Source: Macrostomum hystrix (taxonomy: Eukaryota > Animalia > Platyhelminthes). From it: DNA of 64,000 nucleotides. A model generated the notes under the pieces. That model had not been told where the DNA came from. It did not search any database and worked only from the letters and a program-made list of their open reading frames with translations. The stretch covers positions 4,588,001 through 4,652,000 of the forward strand of contig CATNEN010000005.1 in NCBI GenBank assembly GCA_950097015.1, given 5' to 3'. A program made the translations under genes and the position numbers. Within the stretch, counting starts at the first letter, position 1; every line of letters begins with the position of its first letter. This document shows positions 37,567 to 51,500 of the stretch, one piece after another.

Positions 37567-38530
37567 TCAGGCTCCGGGAATGGCATCAACGCAATCCGAG
37601 AGTGATGCATCGGGTTCCAGGAATGTCTTATCTATCGCAAATTTAGAACGAATGCAGCTCCACTCTGATGCGTTGCAATAATAAAATTGATGATCTGGTC
37701 CGCTCACAAGTAGCACATTCAACGAGTGTTGACCTTTACGGTCCACGAACTGGTTTGCGTGAAGTCCAGGTTTCTTAATGGGAATAAGGGTCCCATCGAT
37801 GAGTCCACAGACAGAAGGCATTCCTGCGATGTTAAAGAACTTCTACACAACGTTGTTGATGTCCGGCCAAGCAACGGTATGGTGAAAAAGCTCAGAGTTA
37901 ATGGCAGTCGTTACGCGGCGCACAACTCTTGTGACAGACGACTCGGAAGGCCCGTGCGCGTCTCGAAGTACGTGGTAGAAGCCGTTAGAGGCGTAGAAAC
38001 GCAATGCGGTCAACGCTTGCTCCCTGGCACTCAATTGACCGCTTCGAACGCTACCATACTCCAAGGTTGGGCGAATTCGTTCGAGCAGATGCTCGAACGT
38101 AGGTGGCAACATTCTAAAGCGCTGTCTAAAATCCCAGTCGTCGACGAAGTTCACGCGCTCTCGAAATTCCCTTGGACGCGGCCCGGGTTCCTCTTCGAGC
38201 AAATTAAGGGCGTCGTTTATAGGCAGCTCCATTTCTTAGCCAACTAAGTAGGATGCTAAGTTTTAACCGTGGAAAATGTGGTTATTTTAGCAGCGCTGGT
38301 ATGCTCCTGAAACCAACTGTTACCAGCCCCCGAGAACACCCTACTTTGAGCCATAGACATAGACGTTCTAAATCAATACAAGCAGCCTCAGTTTTACCAG
38401 CCAATTCGTGAAACCACAGCGTACAAGACTGCTAATAGTTAGCAGCTGCTAAAGTTCGCCATCAAACCAAACTACAAGTAGCTGCGGTTATTTACCAGTT
38501 ACCAGTTGCTCATAAAATCGGTCCCTGGTG
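37567..38530 (-). mobile_element. PIF/Harbinger transposase pseudogene (HARBI1-like), truncated
   Basis: DFRQRFRM...FEHLLERI...LSAREQALTALRFYASNGFY...D.HG.SESSVTRVVRRVT, in-frame TAG at 37843-45, then FFNIAGMPSVCGLIDGTLIPIKKP...FVDRKGQHSLNV; motifs break down after this. A candidate terminus GGGACCGATTTTATGAG lies near 38526. Confidence 0.85.
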
Positions 38531-38682
38531 TATTCTGTGCTACTTACGGTTTTTTATTCGTATAGATTCTGCTAAATGCTGATCGATACTATGAGTAGTA
38601 TGGATGGCTGGCTTGAGCTAACTGAAGGTGAAATTCTAAAAATTCAAATTTAAATTTTGCGATTTCGCCTGACTGGCTATCC

Positions 38683-38782
38683 CTGACGCGTCGGAAATAT
38701 CGGAACAAGGCAGCTCGGTATCCAATCAACATCGATGGATAATATAATTCACCGTCCTTGCAACGAATCAAACCAAAAAACT
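38683..38782 (-). repeat. ~95-bp direct duplicate of the Crypton-like segment at 36876-36973
   Basis: CAGCTCGGTATCCAATCAACATCGATGGATAAT(A/T)...CTTGCAACGAATCAAAC occurs at both sites with few mismatches. Confidence 0.85.
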
Positions 38783-39295
38783 AATGTAATGTAAGTATTG
38801 CATTAGATTTTTATTCTACGACCCTTAGACCGTTAGAATCGTATCCAGAGTCATCAGTAGAATGGTATCAAGAGTCAAGCTGTAAACGATATGTAGCTAG
38901 TATAGTTAATAGTTTGCTTATATATAAGCAGTAATGCTCATAGTTGTACCTGTTTAGCCAATAGTTAAGCATGAACGAATACAGTTGGGTACAAAGTGCA
39001 GAAAAGCACACTATCTAACTGCAGCAGTTGATTCCTCTCTTTCCTTATATGAGCGCATGCTAATGATATCGCACCTGAAACTAGATTTGCGCCCTTACTT
39101 GGAAGACATGCCTAGACTTTCCGACCGCTGTTTTGGTTTAGAAGCTCAATCCACATTCGCGCTTGGGCAGGTTGTAAAAAAAGGCATTCTTAAACTGCCG
39201 CGAGCAGAACACGCGATTCAATAATTGCGATCCGAAATACTGTACAATTACGCTCTTAAGAGCTCGCTGTGATAGAGGCCTTTAGTGACAGAGTC

Positions 39296-39703
39296 ATGGG
39301 CAACTCGCTCTATGTCCTGTGCAGGCGCGGTGCGGGAGCCTCCAACTATGATGCAACACTCGCCAACGACCCCGACGGCGTCTATGGCGCCTGCGAGGAG
39401 CCGCTGTCAGACAGCGACAACGAGGCCGGAGACGATGGCGCCCACACTGTGTACGAAAGTCGAGTAGCCAAAGCTGCCGCGACTGCTCTAGCGAAGGCTG
39501 CTTCGGTTGCGTCGGCAGCTGCGGCGGCTGCTGCGGCAGTTGGCGGCAGCAGCACCGACGTAAGCTACCATTCAGAGGCACTGCAGGGGTCTTCGGCAGC
39601 TTCTAGAAGAGTTGACGACAGTGACACCGACGTTGGCACAGACACTGGGATTCCTACGAGTGCTGCTAGAAATGAAGAAAATGCAGAAAATTGTGATACT
39701 TGA
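39296..39703 (+). CDS. Small orphan ORF, 135 aa, acidic/Ala-rich, N-terminus MGNSLYVLCRR
   Basis: GC-rich, coding-like island in an AT-rich background; candidate acceptor CTTTAG ~10 nt upstream of the ATG; no family recognised. Confidence 0.5.
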   Translation: MGNSLYVLCRRGAGASNYDATLANDPDGVYGACEEPLSDSDNEAGDDGAHTVYESRVAKAAATALAKAASVASAAAAAAAAVGGSSTDVSYHSEALQGSSAASRRVDDSDTDVGTDTGIPTSAARNEENAENCDT

Positions 39704-41016
39704 CCAATACAAATCATTTTTATCATAGCTAATTGATTTCAGAAAAATTTAAATGGTGCTCAATATTCAGTTTGCTACATTTGACTAGTTGCTTTGCGTC
39801 TTTTAACTGATTTTACTGACATTCTCACACCTCCTGTTTGCAATTCTTTGTAGACTTGTCTAAAAAAGCCATATCCGGTCATGGTAATTGAGTGGCCGGA
39901 TCGTTTGCATGGATCCATGAAGCATATGTGAATCGTACATTTTCAAATTGCAAATTCGGAACATCGCTACATCTTTGTTATGCACTTTTTGTTAGTTTTA
40001 ATAATAAACAATCATGGTAAAAGTACTTTAAATATCGAATCCGAAAAAAATCCGGAATATTCGACGGGTTTTTTCTGTCTTGCCACTTTATAATATACTA
40101 TAAGGTCTTTTAAGGTCTTTTGAATCCTGTCGAATGGGTGTTAAAAATGCGTGTAATATGTTGGAAACTATATTTTCAACTTCTGCAAAACAGTTTTTAC
40201 ACGTCGTGCATGCTGTCATTTTTATAGCATGAGTATACAGTTTGTAAAAACTCTTTTATATTTAATTATGGTCACAGCTATTTAAGCACACGTAGTATTA
40301 CAATCCTGTTTCTGTTAAACTATGTCAGTTAAATTTCGATGTTTTTTTTAAGAAAAGCGTTAATTTAATTTGTCTAGGGTATGTAATTGATTTTGAGAGT
40401 AATTTGATTTATTGGCTTATTAAGTAAAAAAATACAATTTATATTGCATTATGCCCAGTTTGGCTAGATGTACAGCCAGCCTACAGCTTTAGGGCGGCTA
40501 TTCCAAAAACACTGAGTTACAACTGACTGTTCAGTTATCACCTGTTCGGAGTTATCCCTAAAGTACTCCAAGCCTGGAGATCACACATATCGCGTGCTAA
40601 TGCATTAATTGAAATGCTATATCGTATCGATACTTCTTCAGTATAATCGTTGTGATTCTGTAGTTTTAGAGTTATCAGACCTTCAAAAACTTATTGTTTT
40701 TAGTGTAGGACTCACAAGTTAACGTAAAAACAACTAGACTGAAATGAGCTTAATTTACTAAGCAGCGAACTCTTCGTTTCTTTCCGTTTCAATAACTATT
40801 CATACAGCGAAACAACTTCGGCGGTTTTTTTAGCATGTTTTTCTAAGAAAATTATTTCTATTGACTCACTAGTATCACTAGTAGGCCTATGCAAGTTTTT
40901 TGCAAGATTCATGCATCATGCAAGACTAGTTCTTATTCTAGATTAAGTCTTGTCCAAAAACACAAAATATACCGAAAATACATGTATTTATAGTTGACTA
41001 CGTACGTATTACTTAT

Positions 41017-41668
41017 GGCAGTGCTTATCCCCACGGTACCGTAGAAATAATTTTTGTCTTATTCCTACGGTACCGTGGGAATAATTTCCTGCTTATCCGC
41101 ACGGCACACTGACGAGATAGCTGTCCTATCATCTATCTTTTTATCATGACCGCAATTTTCCTTTTTTCTTCCGGTTTTTAAAAGCAAGTAAACAAATTAA
41201 AGTTTTCTGCTTTTTTCGCAAGTAGTTACCCAATACGGTGGCTTTTTTAAGTATATAAAATATATATTTATATTATTTATATATTTAAAAGAATACAACT
41301 GAAGTGTGTATTTTTCTAATCTTATAGCTCAAGCCTTCTAAGTCTATAAATTATAGACTATAATCCATTATAGACTATAAAACTATAATCCAGTCTATTA
41401 CTTTATTCTAGGCCAAGTTAAAATAGGTCCATAAAAATGTCTGACAGTGCCAATGGCACAGCTTTGGACGAACGTGCCGTCAATCAAGATTTAAGTAATC
41501 CTAGTTGTCTTGTGTCTACTTTTTTCTTCATCAGTCGACAATTTGAATCTAGGAGATAGGACAGCTATCTCGTCAGTGTGCCGTGCGGATAAGCAGGAAA
41601 TTATTCCCACGGTACCGTAGGAATAAGACAAAAATTATTTCTATGGTACCGTGGGGATAAGCACTGCC
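41017..41668. mobile_element. MITE with 114-bp TIRs and 9-bp TSD (Mutator- or Merlin-type)
   Basis: TIRs 41017-41130 and 41555-41668 (1 mismatch seen), starting GGCAGTG; perfect TSD ATTACTTAT at 41008-41016 and 41669-41677. Confidence 0.9.
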
Positions 41669-42465
41669 ATTACTTATTATACCTAGTAGTCATTCGGACA
41701 GTGTAACTAGATAGTCTGATTAGTATAGTCTTTGTTTTGTATAATAAAACGTTTATAGGATTTTACATTATTACTGTGATCCACAAAATTTTATTTTTAT
41801 TTAGGCCTTGGGCCTACTTATAACTTTAATAATCATTTGCTCACTCTTTTCGTCATAATGTTACAATGTTACAATGAAGAAACTTCATACATACTCATCT
41901 GTCATACAAACAATTAAAACAAAGTCATCTGCTAGTGCTACAGCTTTAATTGTCTCAAAAAACATAATGATAAAATGCATATGCAATGCACAAGTTCATA
42001 TTGATCAGGTCCTTTTATGTCTGTGTCACTTTAGTTTGCAGTTACATCTAAACAAGACTGGACTCATTTTAAAGGCTTGTTCTCATAGGCATCAAGTCAA
42101 ATATGTGTAATGAATTTCTGCTCGTGAATTTCATTTGCCTACAAATACCTCAACTTGTCTGTTGGCAGACAAAATGACAGCAGACAAAGAGACTGGAACC
42201 TGTCTACCTAGATAGACCAAAATTAGCAACAATATGAAGTTTGCATTGGCTAGCTAGCCTAGGCCATATTTCAATGTAATTGCAATTGCTATGACAGAGT
42301 AGCAAAAAACATTGTTTAATATTATGAAACCTAAAAATTAATTAAGTCATTATAAAAACTATTTTAGGCCCTAGCATTAAAAAAACTCCTGGAGTTAAAG
42401 TTTAAAGTTAATAAGTTAAATGCTGTTGAAGCTAGTAACATGAGTAAGTAACCATAGAGTATATA

Positions 42466-42905
42466 GGTACCTGGACACTTCATCATCTTACAACCTCGTT
42501 ACCCAGATGACGATCTGTCCAATATCTCGGAGGGTGGATGACGAAGAGACTTAGACTTGCACGGACACTTCATCATCTATTAACAAAAGTTTTCAAAGTT
42601 ATAACAGAACCACCCCTCCCCACCCTCCTCACATTGTGTTGGCACCTATCTTTTAACTCTCATATTGAAATCAGTTCTGACACCTCTTTTTGACAATTTA
42701 GAGTGTGAAGTGTGTTCACACCACTGTCCCACCACCCCACACTCACTTTATTGATGACGAACTTGATTGCTTGTTATTAGGAGATGACGAACTGACCAAA
42801 CTTTAAAGCATGCCAATTGGCTGGATGACAAAGTGTCCTACCTTCCAAGTGGATGACAAAGTTGTAAGATGATGAAGTTGTAAGATGACAAAGTGTCTAG
42901 GATCC
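42466..42905. mobile_element. MITE with imperfect 29-bp TIRs and 9-bp TSD
   Basis: GGTACCTGGACACTTCATCATCTTACAAC vs reverse-complemented right end GGATCCTAGACACTTTGTCATCTTACAAC (24/29); perfect TSD GAGTATATA at 42457-42465 and 42906-42914; subterminal GACACTT..TCATC repeats. Confidence 0.82.
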
Positions 42906-43075
42906 GAGTATATATAATAATAATTATTATTATTGAATAGAAAATCTAGCATTTCTTTATTATTAGCTATTGTTTTATTTGTTCTATTGTCAAAGTAAAA
43001 ATTATAAGCCAAACAAGAAACTCTTATAATATAAAACTATAATTATGATATATAACTATATCTATATAGTTATAT

Positions 43076-43511
43076 AGTCTGCTTGTTGAGAATAGTGTCC
43101 ACTTACTACTAGGTACTAGCACAACTAGCTACTACTAAGTACATATATAAGATTATAAGGTGGAAGGCCTTTAGTTTACGAAGTTGGAGTGGCAGCAAAG
43201 TTAGTGTGCTGCATGGCACGTATATTTATATTTACAGCAAACGTGAGAGCGAGATAGAGGGGCCTAGGGAGGTGCGAAATGGTGGCGTGACTTCTCACAC
43301 CCGGCTTAGCGAGCCGGCTGGCTGGGTGCACCAACCCCCACCTCAACTAGACTGAGGTTGAGGGGTTTGGGTGCGGCTGCACTGTTGCTGGCCGGTCGCG
43401 TGTTGACAGTCCGCCACAATTATCATATTCTAATTTATAGATCTATAATTTGCATTTGCTAGTTGTGCTCATACTTTGTAGTAAAAGGACACTATTCTCA
43501 ACAAGCAGACT
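43076..43511. mobile_element. Putative MITE with ~25-35-bp TIRs
   Basis: AGTCTGCTTGTTGAGAATAGTGTCC at the left, exact reverse complement at the right; GC-rich interior with hairpin; no clean TSD. Confidence 0.65.
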
Positions 43512-44744
43512 TTAGTAAAAGTCTTTAGGTAAGGTATTATCTTCAAAGTCAAGCAAGTAGCACTGCTATCATGTAGTTCTAGGCTCTTATAGAGGCATAC
43601 CTAAGCTTACATCTTGCAAAACTAACATAAGGAACACAAAAACATTGGTTGAAATTCATAGGTGTAAATCCTGTATCTCAGATTGTATCCCAGATAGGAA
43701 GCAAAGTATAATTAAGAGAATTAAACAATGCAAATTACACAAACATTTGTACACACAATTTCATAGATAAACAAAACAGGACTGAAAATAATAAACAGTC
43801 CAAAGTTAAGTTAGATTAAATATAGCTTCATCATTGATTTTTTGTGTTTATAAAGTGCATTAGTATTTGTTTATGTAGTTTATTAGTTAATTAGGATCTA
43901 ATAAGAGGCAAATGAAGTTGGCCTTGGGAAGAGGCTTACAAGTTGCAAGACCTTATGTGCTTATGTCAAAATCTTATAAATATTATAGTAACATATGGGA
44001 GATTCTAGGCTGGGGCGACCTAAATGGGCCTTTTAATTAGCAATTTTGAGATCAAAAGATGTAAATAATTATTCATTTAGTTACTTTAAGTATTTAGACT
44101 CACAATCCAGATTAGAATCTATAATAAGTTTATTAATGGTTTCCTAAATTTGAAGGAGCCTCATTTTGTTTTTTTACATGCCGGAGGTCATGAGTTCGAA
44201 TCTGAGTGGGTAGCAGCATCTGATAAGACCAGTTGTAGTTTATTTTTCTCTTTGGCTCTCACTATAGCCTGTTGCGATTTATTGCTTATATAGTTTATAG
44301 TACAACATTTTTACTTTGATCTATACCGAAGCCTTGAAAATGAAGGATTTTCTACCTTTTTGGAGCATTAGAGATTTGTGACTGGTTCAAATTTTTGGTA
44401 GGAAAAAAAGTTTGTTTGCCTCTTGTGTAGGCGGTGCCCCTACCCCTGTCTCTCCCTCTAACTTTACGAATCTATAGTAAGTAGAAGTCCTGACAGCTGT
44501 TGCCTCAGATTGTATATGCGTGTGTGTGGCGTACTGGTAAGGGGCCGAGCAATCCGCTTAAATTTTGTCAGTCAGAAAGTTGAGTGTTGGCACACATGCG
44601 CATGCATACTAGCGAATGCACTTCTTGTCAGTCCGATTTCAATCTTATTGCAACGGAAATCTACTAGACGTGAAAATATATTTTACTTTTTGTACTAACG
44701 AATTTTCTGTTATTCCAACGTCAAATCACTCTATGCTGGTTGCT

Positions 44745-45380
44745 GAACTTATTGAATCTCAAATCCCATTGTTGCCAAACTCTTTGAATCTCGAATCCCA
44801 TTGTCCCAAACTCCTAGAACCCTTAAATCACATTATCACAAACTCGTAGAATCTCAAATCCCATTATCCCAAACTCCTAGAACCCTTAAATCACATTATC
44901 ACAAACTCGTAGAATCTCAAATCCCATTATCCCAAACTCCTAGAACCCTTAAATCACATTATCACAAACTCATAGAATCTCAAATCCCATTATCCCAACC
45001 TCATAGAATCTCAAATCCCATTATCCCAACCTCATAGAATCTCACATCCCATTATCCCAACCTCATAGAATCTCACATCCCATTATTTCAAACTCTTTGA
45101 ATCTCAAATCCCATTATCCCAACCTCATAGAATCTCAAATCCCATTATCCCAACCTCATAGAATCTCACATCCCATTATTACAAACTCTTTGAATCTCAA
45201 ATCCCATTATCCCAACCTCATAGAATCTCAAATCCCATTATCCCAACCTCATAGAATCTCAAATCCCATTATCCCGAAATCCTAGAATCTCAAATCCCAC
45301 AAACTCCTAGAAACTCAAATCCCGCTATCCTAATCTCTTTGAATCTCAAATCCCACTGTGCCAAACTCATATAAATCTCA
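44745..45380. repeat. Composite minisatellite (31-bp unit and a 63-bp dimer form) upstream of the Dopey ATG
   Basis: GAATCTCAAATCCCATTATCCCAACCTCATA units; 21-aa periodic ORF at 44801. Confidence 0.88.
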
Positions 45381-45597
45381 AATTGCACTTCTAGAATCCC
45401 AAATCCTAACTTCTCACCCCCGAATCTCAATCCCAAACAAAAATCCAAACTTCCAAAAATATTGTCACCCAACAAAATCTTTGGAAGCTCAAATTCCACC
45501 GAATGTAATTACCTAGAACTAGATTTTAACAAGAAAATGTTCTATTTCCCAAATTTTCTTAAATAGAAATCCTCAATAAATTGCAGGCCCTCCAAGC

Positions 45598-48500
45598 ATG
45601 AATCCATTCGAGGACGAGTCCTCAGTGCGCGCACTGGAAAAGGAGCGTCGGTATCGCAACTATAGCGCCGATATGGAGAAAATTTTAAGACAATTTGAGA
45701 ACACCTCAGACTGGGCTGACACCATACCATTGCTGGTTCGTTTAACAAAGACTATTCTGGCCAATCGCCAATACGAGAGCATTCCGCATAAGCTGATGCT
45801 GTGCAAACGTCTGGCACAATGCCTGCATCAGAATATGCCTAGCGGCGTGCACGAGAAAACTCTCGAATGTTATTCCGCTGTTTTGTCTTGTGTACAGCGC
45901 ACCGATTTAAAAAATAATTTGCACCTGTATCTGTTCGGCGTGCTACCTTTGTTCGCCTATTGCGGTTCAACTATTAGGCTGCCGCTAATCTCTTTGTACG
46001 AAGAATTTGTTCTACCATTGGGTCCGGCTTTGCGGCCCTGCCTGCCTGGCCTGCTTCTGGCCCTGCTGCCTGGTATGGAGGAGACGTCTGATCACGTGGA
46101 TAGGGTTGGACAACTGCTCAGGTAATAACTTTTGTTGGTCCTCATTTTACTTAGTTTGTTGTTCCTAGTTTTATTTCGTTAGTTGGTCCTCATTCTATTT
46201 CATTGATTGGTCCTAATTTTATTCCATTAATTGGTCCTTATTCTATTTCGTTAGTTGGTCTGGTAGCTGGTCCTCCTTCTAGTCTGGTAGCTGGTCCTCC
46301 TTCTAGTCTGGTAGCTGGTCCTCCTTTTAGTCTGGTAACTGGTCCTCATTCTAGTCTGGTAACGGGTCCTCATTCTAGTCTGGTAATTGGTACTTATTCT
46401 AGTCTGGTAGCTGGTCCTCCTTCTAGTCTGGTAGCTGGTCCTCCTTCTAGTCTGGTAACTGGTCCTCATTCTAGTCTGGTAACGGGTCCTCATTCTAGTC
46501 TGGTAATTGGTACTTATTCTAGTCTGGTAGCTGGTCCTCCTTCTAGTCTGGTAGCTGGTCCTCCTTCTAGTCTGGTAGCTGGTCCTCCTTCTAGTCTGGT
46601 AGCTGGTCCTCCTTCTAGTCTGGTAATTGGTCCTCATTCTAGTCTGGTAATTGGTCCTCATTCTAGTCTAGTAATTGGTCCTCATTCTAGTCTGGTAATT
46701 GGTCCTCATTCTAGTCTAGTAATTGGTCCTCATTCTAGTCTAGTAATTGGTCCTCATTCTAGTCTGGTAATTGGTCCTCATTCTAGTCTGATAATTGGTC
46801 CTCCTTCTAGTCTAATAGTTTGTTTCCTTAACTACAAGGTCCTCTTCTAAGCCTGTACTATAGTAACTCATTAGGAGGGTGAGTGGCAGAGCGGCTTACA
46901 CGTTTGTCTCTCGCAGCAAGGTCCCAGAGCTCGATTCCGGGTCGAGGCCACGTTAATTTGTTATCGCAGCAGCTGAGAAGGCTTGGGGGCTTGTCGTGCA
47001 ATTTACGCCCTTGATGGCCAACCTCCAAGGCACAGTGAGAGTGTACACTGCCTGACGATGAGAAAGTCGGGGCAAATGTACACACCTGTGTGAGCGTATG
47101 CCTACGTACAGTATCTGTGTGCGTGTGTTCTCAGGAGTCATCGAAATGGGCAGAATTGCCTCCTCGCTGGCTGCGGGTCTAGTGTCACCAAATTATGTGC
47201 CATTGCCCGGTAAGTTCACTGAAGTTCACTGAACCTACCCGCAGGTCAATTTGTCAAGCGGTCAGCCGGCCGGTGTTCTTCACCGGTCTCTGGCGAGTCC
47301 TGTACGATTCGCCAAGCGTTCGTCTAACCGGCCTAAACTTTGTTCTAGCCTGCTATGATAAACGGAAATCTCTTGACGATCAGGACGACTTGATGGGCCA
47401 AGTATTAGGCAACCTGATGGACAGCTTATGCGCTGTTCTGGCCGACCACAATACTCTGGTTCAGCGGCAGGTTAGTGTTGTCTAAATACTCTAATTGCTA
47501 CTTGCAGTAGTGTGCTTGAAGTCCGGTTTTTTAGACAGGATTTGTGTCTTTGAAATTTTAAGTATTAATTAGCAAGATTTCTTGTTGCTTTGTGTTCATG
47601 TTTGGTTTTTTGGGATTTCTTATCGCTTTTGGAATCATTATGGGATTTGTTCACAATGAATCCTGTATTATTGAAACCAAACCAGGCACTGGAGTTCCTG
47701 CTGAACGCATTCCCTCTGAGTGCTAGCCGCCTAGGCAATGACGATTTGTCCCGACTCTGCGCTGCCGCATTTAACATTTTGTTAAAACGCGACGCTTCTC
47801 TTAATCGACGCTTCTACGCTTGGTTGCTAGGCAACAGTGGCGCGTCTGGCGGCGCAGGCAATCAAGAGGAAACATCTTCGTATTCCTCCTATTCATTAGG
47901 CATCGGCAGTGGAGGCGGTGCGAAGTTTGTTGGTCGTTTAGTTTGCATAGCGGCTTATAAACTGTTTGCCAAGCAGAAGGCAAACGATCCAATACCGGCG
48001 TTTCGTGTTCTGCAGTCGCTTATTGAACGAGCTGTTGTTGGCCAACAGGTGAAGTATTGTGCACTGAAATTGATCATCGTCAATTATTAATATATAATTA
48101 ATGACCATCAGTCATTGATCATGAGTCATTGATCATGAGTCATTGATCATTAGTAATTGATCATCAGTCATTGATCATTAGTAATTGATCATTAGTCATT
48201 GATCATCAGTAATTGATCATCAGTCATTGATCATGAGTCATTGATAATCAGTCATTGATCATTAGTCATTGATCATCAGTCATTGATCATCAGTAATTGA
48301 TCATCAGTAATTGATCATTAGTCATTGATCATCAGTAATTGATCATCAGTAATTGATCATCAGTCATTGATAATCAGTCATTGATAATCAGTCATTGATC
48401 ATCAGTCATTGATCATGAGTCATTGATCATCAGTAATTGATCATCAGTCATTGATCATCAGTCATTGATCATCAGTCATTGATCATGAGTCATTGATCAT

Positions 48501-51500
48501 GAGTCATTGATCATCAGTCATGATCATCAGTCATTGATCATGAGTCATTGATCATGAGTCATTTGATCATCAGTCATTGATCATGAGTCATTGATCATCA
48601 GTAATTGATCATCAGTCATTGATAATCAGTCATTGATCATCAGTCATTGATCATCAGTCATTGATCATGAGTCATTGATCATCAGTCATTGATCATCAGT
48701 CATTGATCATCAGTCATTGATCATCAGTAATTGATCATCAGTAATTGATCATCAGTCATTGATAATCAGTCATTGATAATCAGTCATTGATCATCAGTCA
48801 TTGATCATGAGTCATTGATCATCAGTCATTGATCATCAGTAATTGATCATCAGTCATTGATCATCAGTCATTGATCATCAGTCATTGATCATCAGTCATT
48901 GATCATCAGTCATTGATCATCAGTAATTGATCATCAGTAATTGATCATTAGTCATTGATCATCAGTAATTGATCATCAGTCATTGATCATCAGTAATTGA
49001 TCATCAGTAATTGATCATTAGTCATTGATCATCAGTAATTGATCATCAGTCATTGATCATCAGTCATCGATCATCAGTCATTGATCATCAGTCATTGATC
49101 ATCAGTAATTTATCATCAGTCATTGATCATCAGTCATTGATCATCAGTAATTGATCATCAGTCATTGATCATCAGTAATTGATCATCAGTCATTGATCAT
49201 CAGTAATTGATCATCAGTCATTGATCATCAGTCATTGATCATCAGTCATTGATCATCAGTCATTGATCATCAGTCATTGATCATCAGTAATTTATCATCA
49301 GTCATTGATCATCAGTCATTGATCATCAGTCATTGATCATCAGTCATTGATCATCAGTCATTGATCATCAGTCATTGATCATCAGTAATTGATCATCAGT
49401 CATTGATCATCAGTCATTGATCATCAGTCATTGATCATCAGTCATTGATCATCAGTCATTGATCATCAGTAATTGATCATCAGTCATTGATCATCAGTCA
49501 TTGATCATCAGTCATTGATCATCAGTCATTGATCATCAGTCATTGATCATCAGTCATTGATCATGAGTCATTGATCATCAGTCATTGATCATCAGTCATT
49601 GATCATCAGTCATCGGTACCCACCGTTCACAGATAGTATCGGACACTCTGCTAACAGCTCTGCGCCTATGGCGAGATGCGCCAAATCCTGACGAAGCCGC
49701 AGCCTCAATCGGTCACCTGCTCAGCAGTCTCGATGGAGCATTTCTTTGCCGATTCTTTTCGGACCTACTAGCTAGCGATTGGTCCAGCTGCGAAGAGCTT
49801 TGCTCATTGGCTCACATGGCCCATGCCAGATGCCTAGCCAATGATTGGACGCCGCTATTATTGAAACTGCTCCGATTGGCTGCTAGCCGTTTGGCCGACT
49901 CCACCCCTTCAATGCTGGAAGCTGCGATTCGTTTAGCCTCCGACATATTAACGGGGGCAGCTTCGGAGCCGCTCGATTCTAGGATTGTTCGCGCCAGTCG
50001 ATTGGTTTACCTGCGCATTTGCCAATTAAAACTAGGCCTTACTGACGATGTACTGTCAAAGGCTCCGGCTAAATTATTGCCTAGTGGTGCCACTAATCTT
50101 ACTACTACTACTATGAGTAGTAGTATCAGCAGAGAGACAGATTTGTCAGTTTCCTTGGCCGATACCGGAGCAGCATTTGGCGCAGCTTTGGAATCTCTAC
50201 TGGTTCTGCTAGGCCGTGTCGCTGCTTGCCCATTGCGACAGACTAAACAGACTGACCTGGCAGAGCATGATGAGTATAAAGATGATGAAGAGGAGAATTC
50301 TGGGCGACAATTACCTGCGCCTCGATGGGTCCTGGCCTTGGTGGTGAGTCGCAGTTGGTTTTGCAGGATTCTGGATGGGATCTAGACATTTTTGGGATAT
50401 TTTTCAATGTTATGCGACTAGGTATAGTTGCAATATATGGGATGAATATATTTGGGATTCTAGTTATTTTTTTGAAGTCTCGATATTTTGTGATTAAAAA
50501 TATTTGAGATTCTTGATATATGGGATTCTAGATACTTGGGATTCTAGATACTTGGGATTCTAGATACTTGGGATTCTAGATACTTGGGATTCTATATATT
50601 TGGGATTCTAGATACTTGGGATTCTAGATATTTGGGATTCTAGACATTTGGGATTCTAGATGTTTGGGATTTAAGATGTTTGGGATTCTATATATTTGGG
50701 ATTCTAGATATTTAACATTCTAGATATTTAGGATTCTAGATATTTGGCATTTTAGATATTTGGGATTCTAGATATTTGGGATTCTATATATTGGGATTCT
50801 AGATATTTGGGATTCTAGATTTTTGGGATTTAAGATGTTTGGGATTCTAGATATTTGGCATTCTAGATATTTTGGATTCTAGATATTTATGTGTTTAAGA
50901 TTCTAGATATTTGGGATTCTAGACACTTGAGATTCTAGATATTTGGGATTCTAGACATTTGGGATTCTAGATATTTGGGATTCTACATATTTAGGATTAT
51001 ATGTGTTTATGATTCTAGATATTTGGGATTTTAGATACTAGAGATTATTGATATTTAGAACTCTGGATATTTGATATTCTAGATATTTGATATTCTAGAA
51101 ATTTGGGATGTTAAAGGATTCTCGATTTTTAGATTCTAAATATTTTAGGATTTGAGGTGATAGATATTTCGACAAGTGGACACGAGTATTTCTGATATTA
51201 GTAATTCAGAATAAATTCAGTCCATTATTTTGCTATTTAACAGGTGAGCAGCTGTTTTGTTCGCGACAGTCGGATTCGTCATCCGAGCACCCGGGCCCTT
51301 CTAGAACTGCTGGCCGCAGCCCAGTGTCTGTCAGCTAACGATGCCAACGCATTTCCTGAAGCATCAGACTCTACTCAGAACTATACTCAGCCAATCAAAT
51401 CTGAGGTTGTTGCCGTCACATTTCCCACTCTGCCTCCGTCTACCCTGACTTGGCTGCAAAACGGTCGCCTCTATAGTCTACTAGGAGAAGCGCTTTGGTC

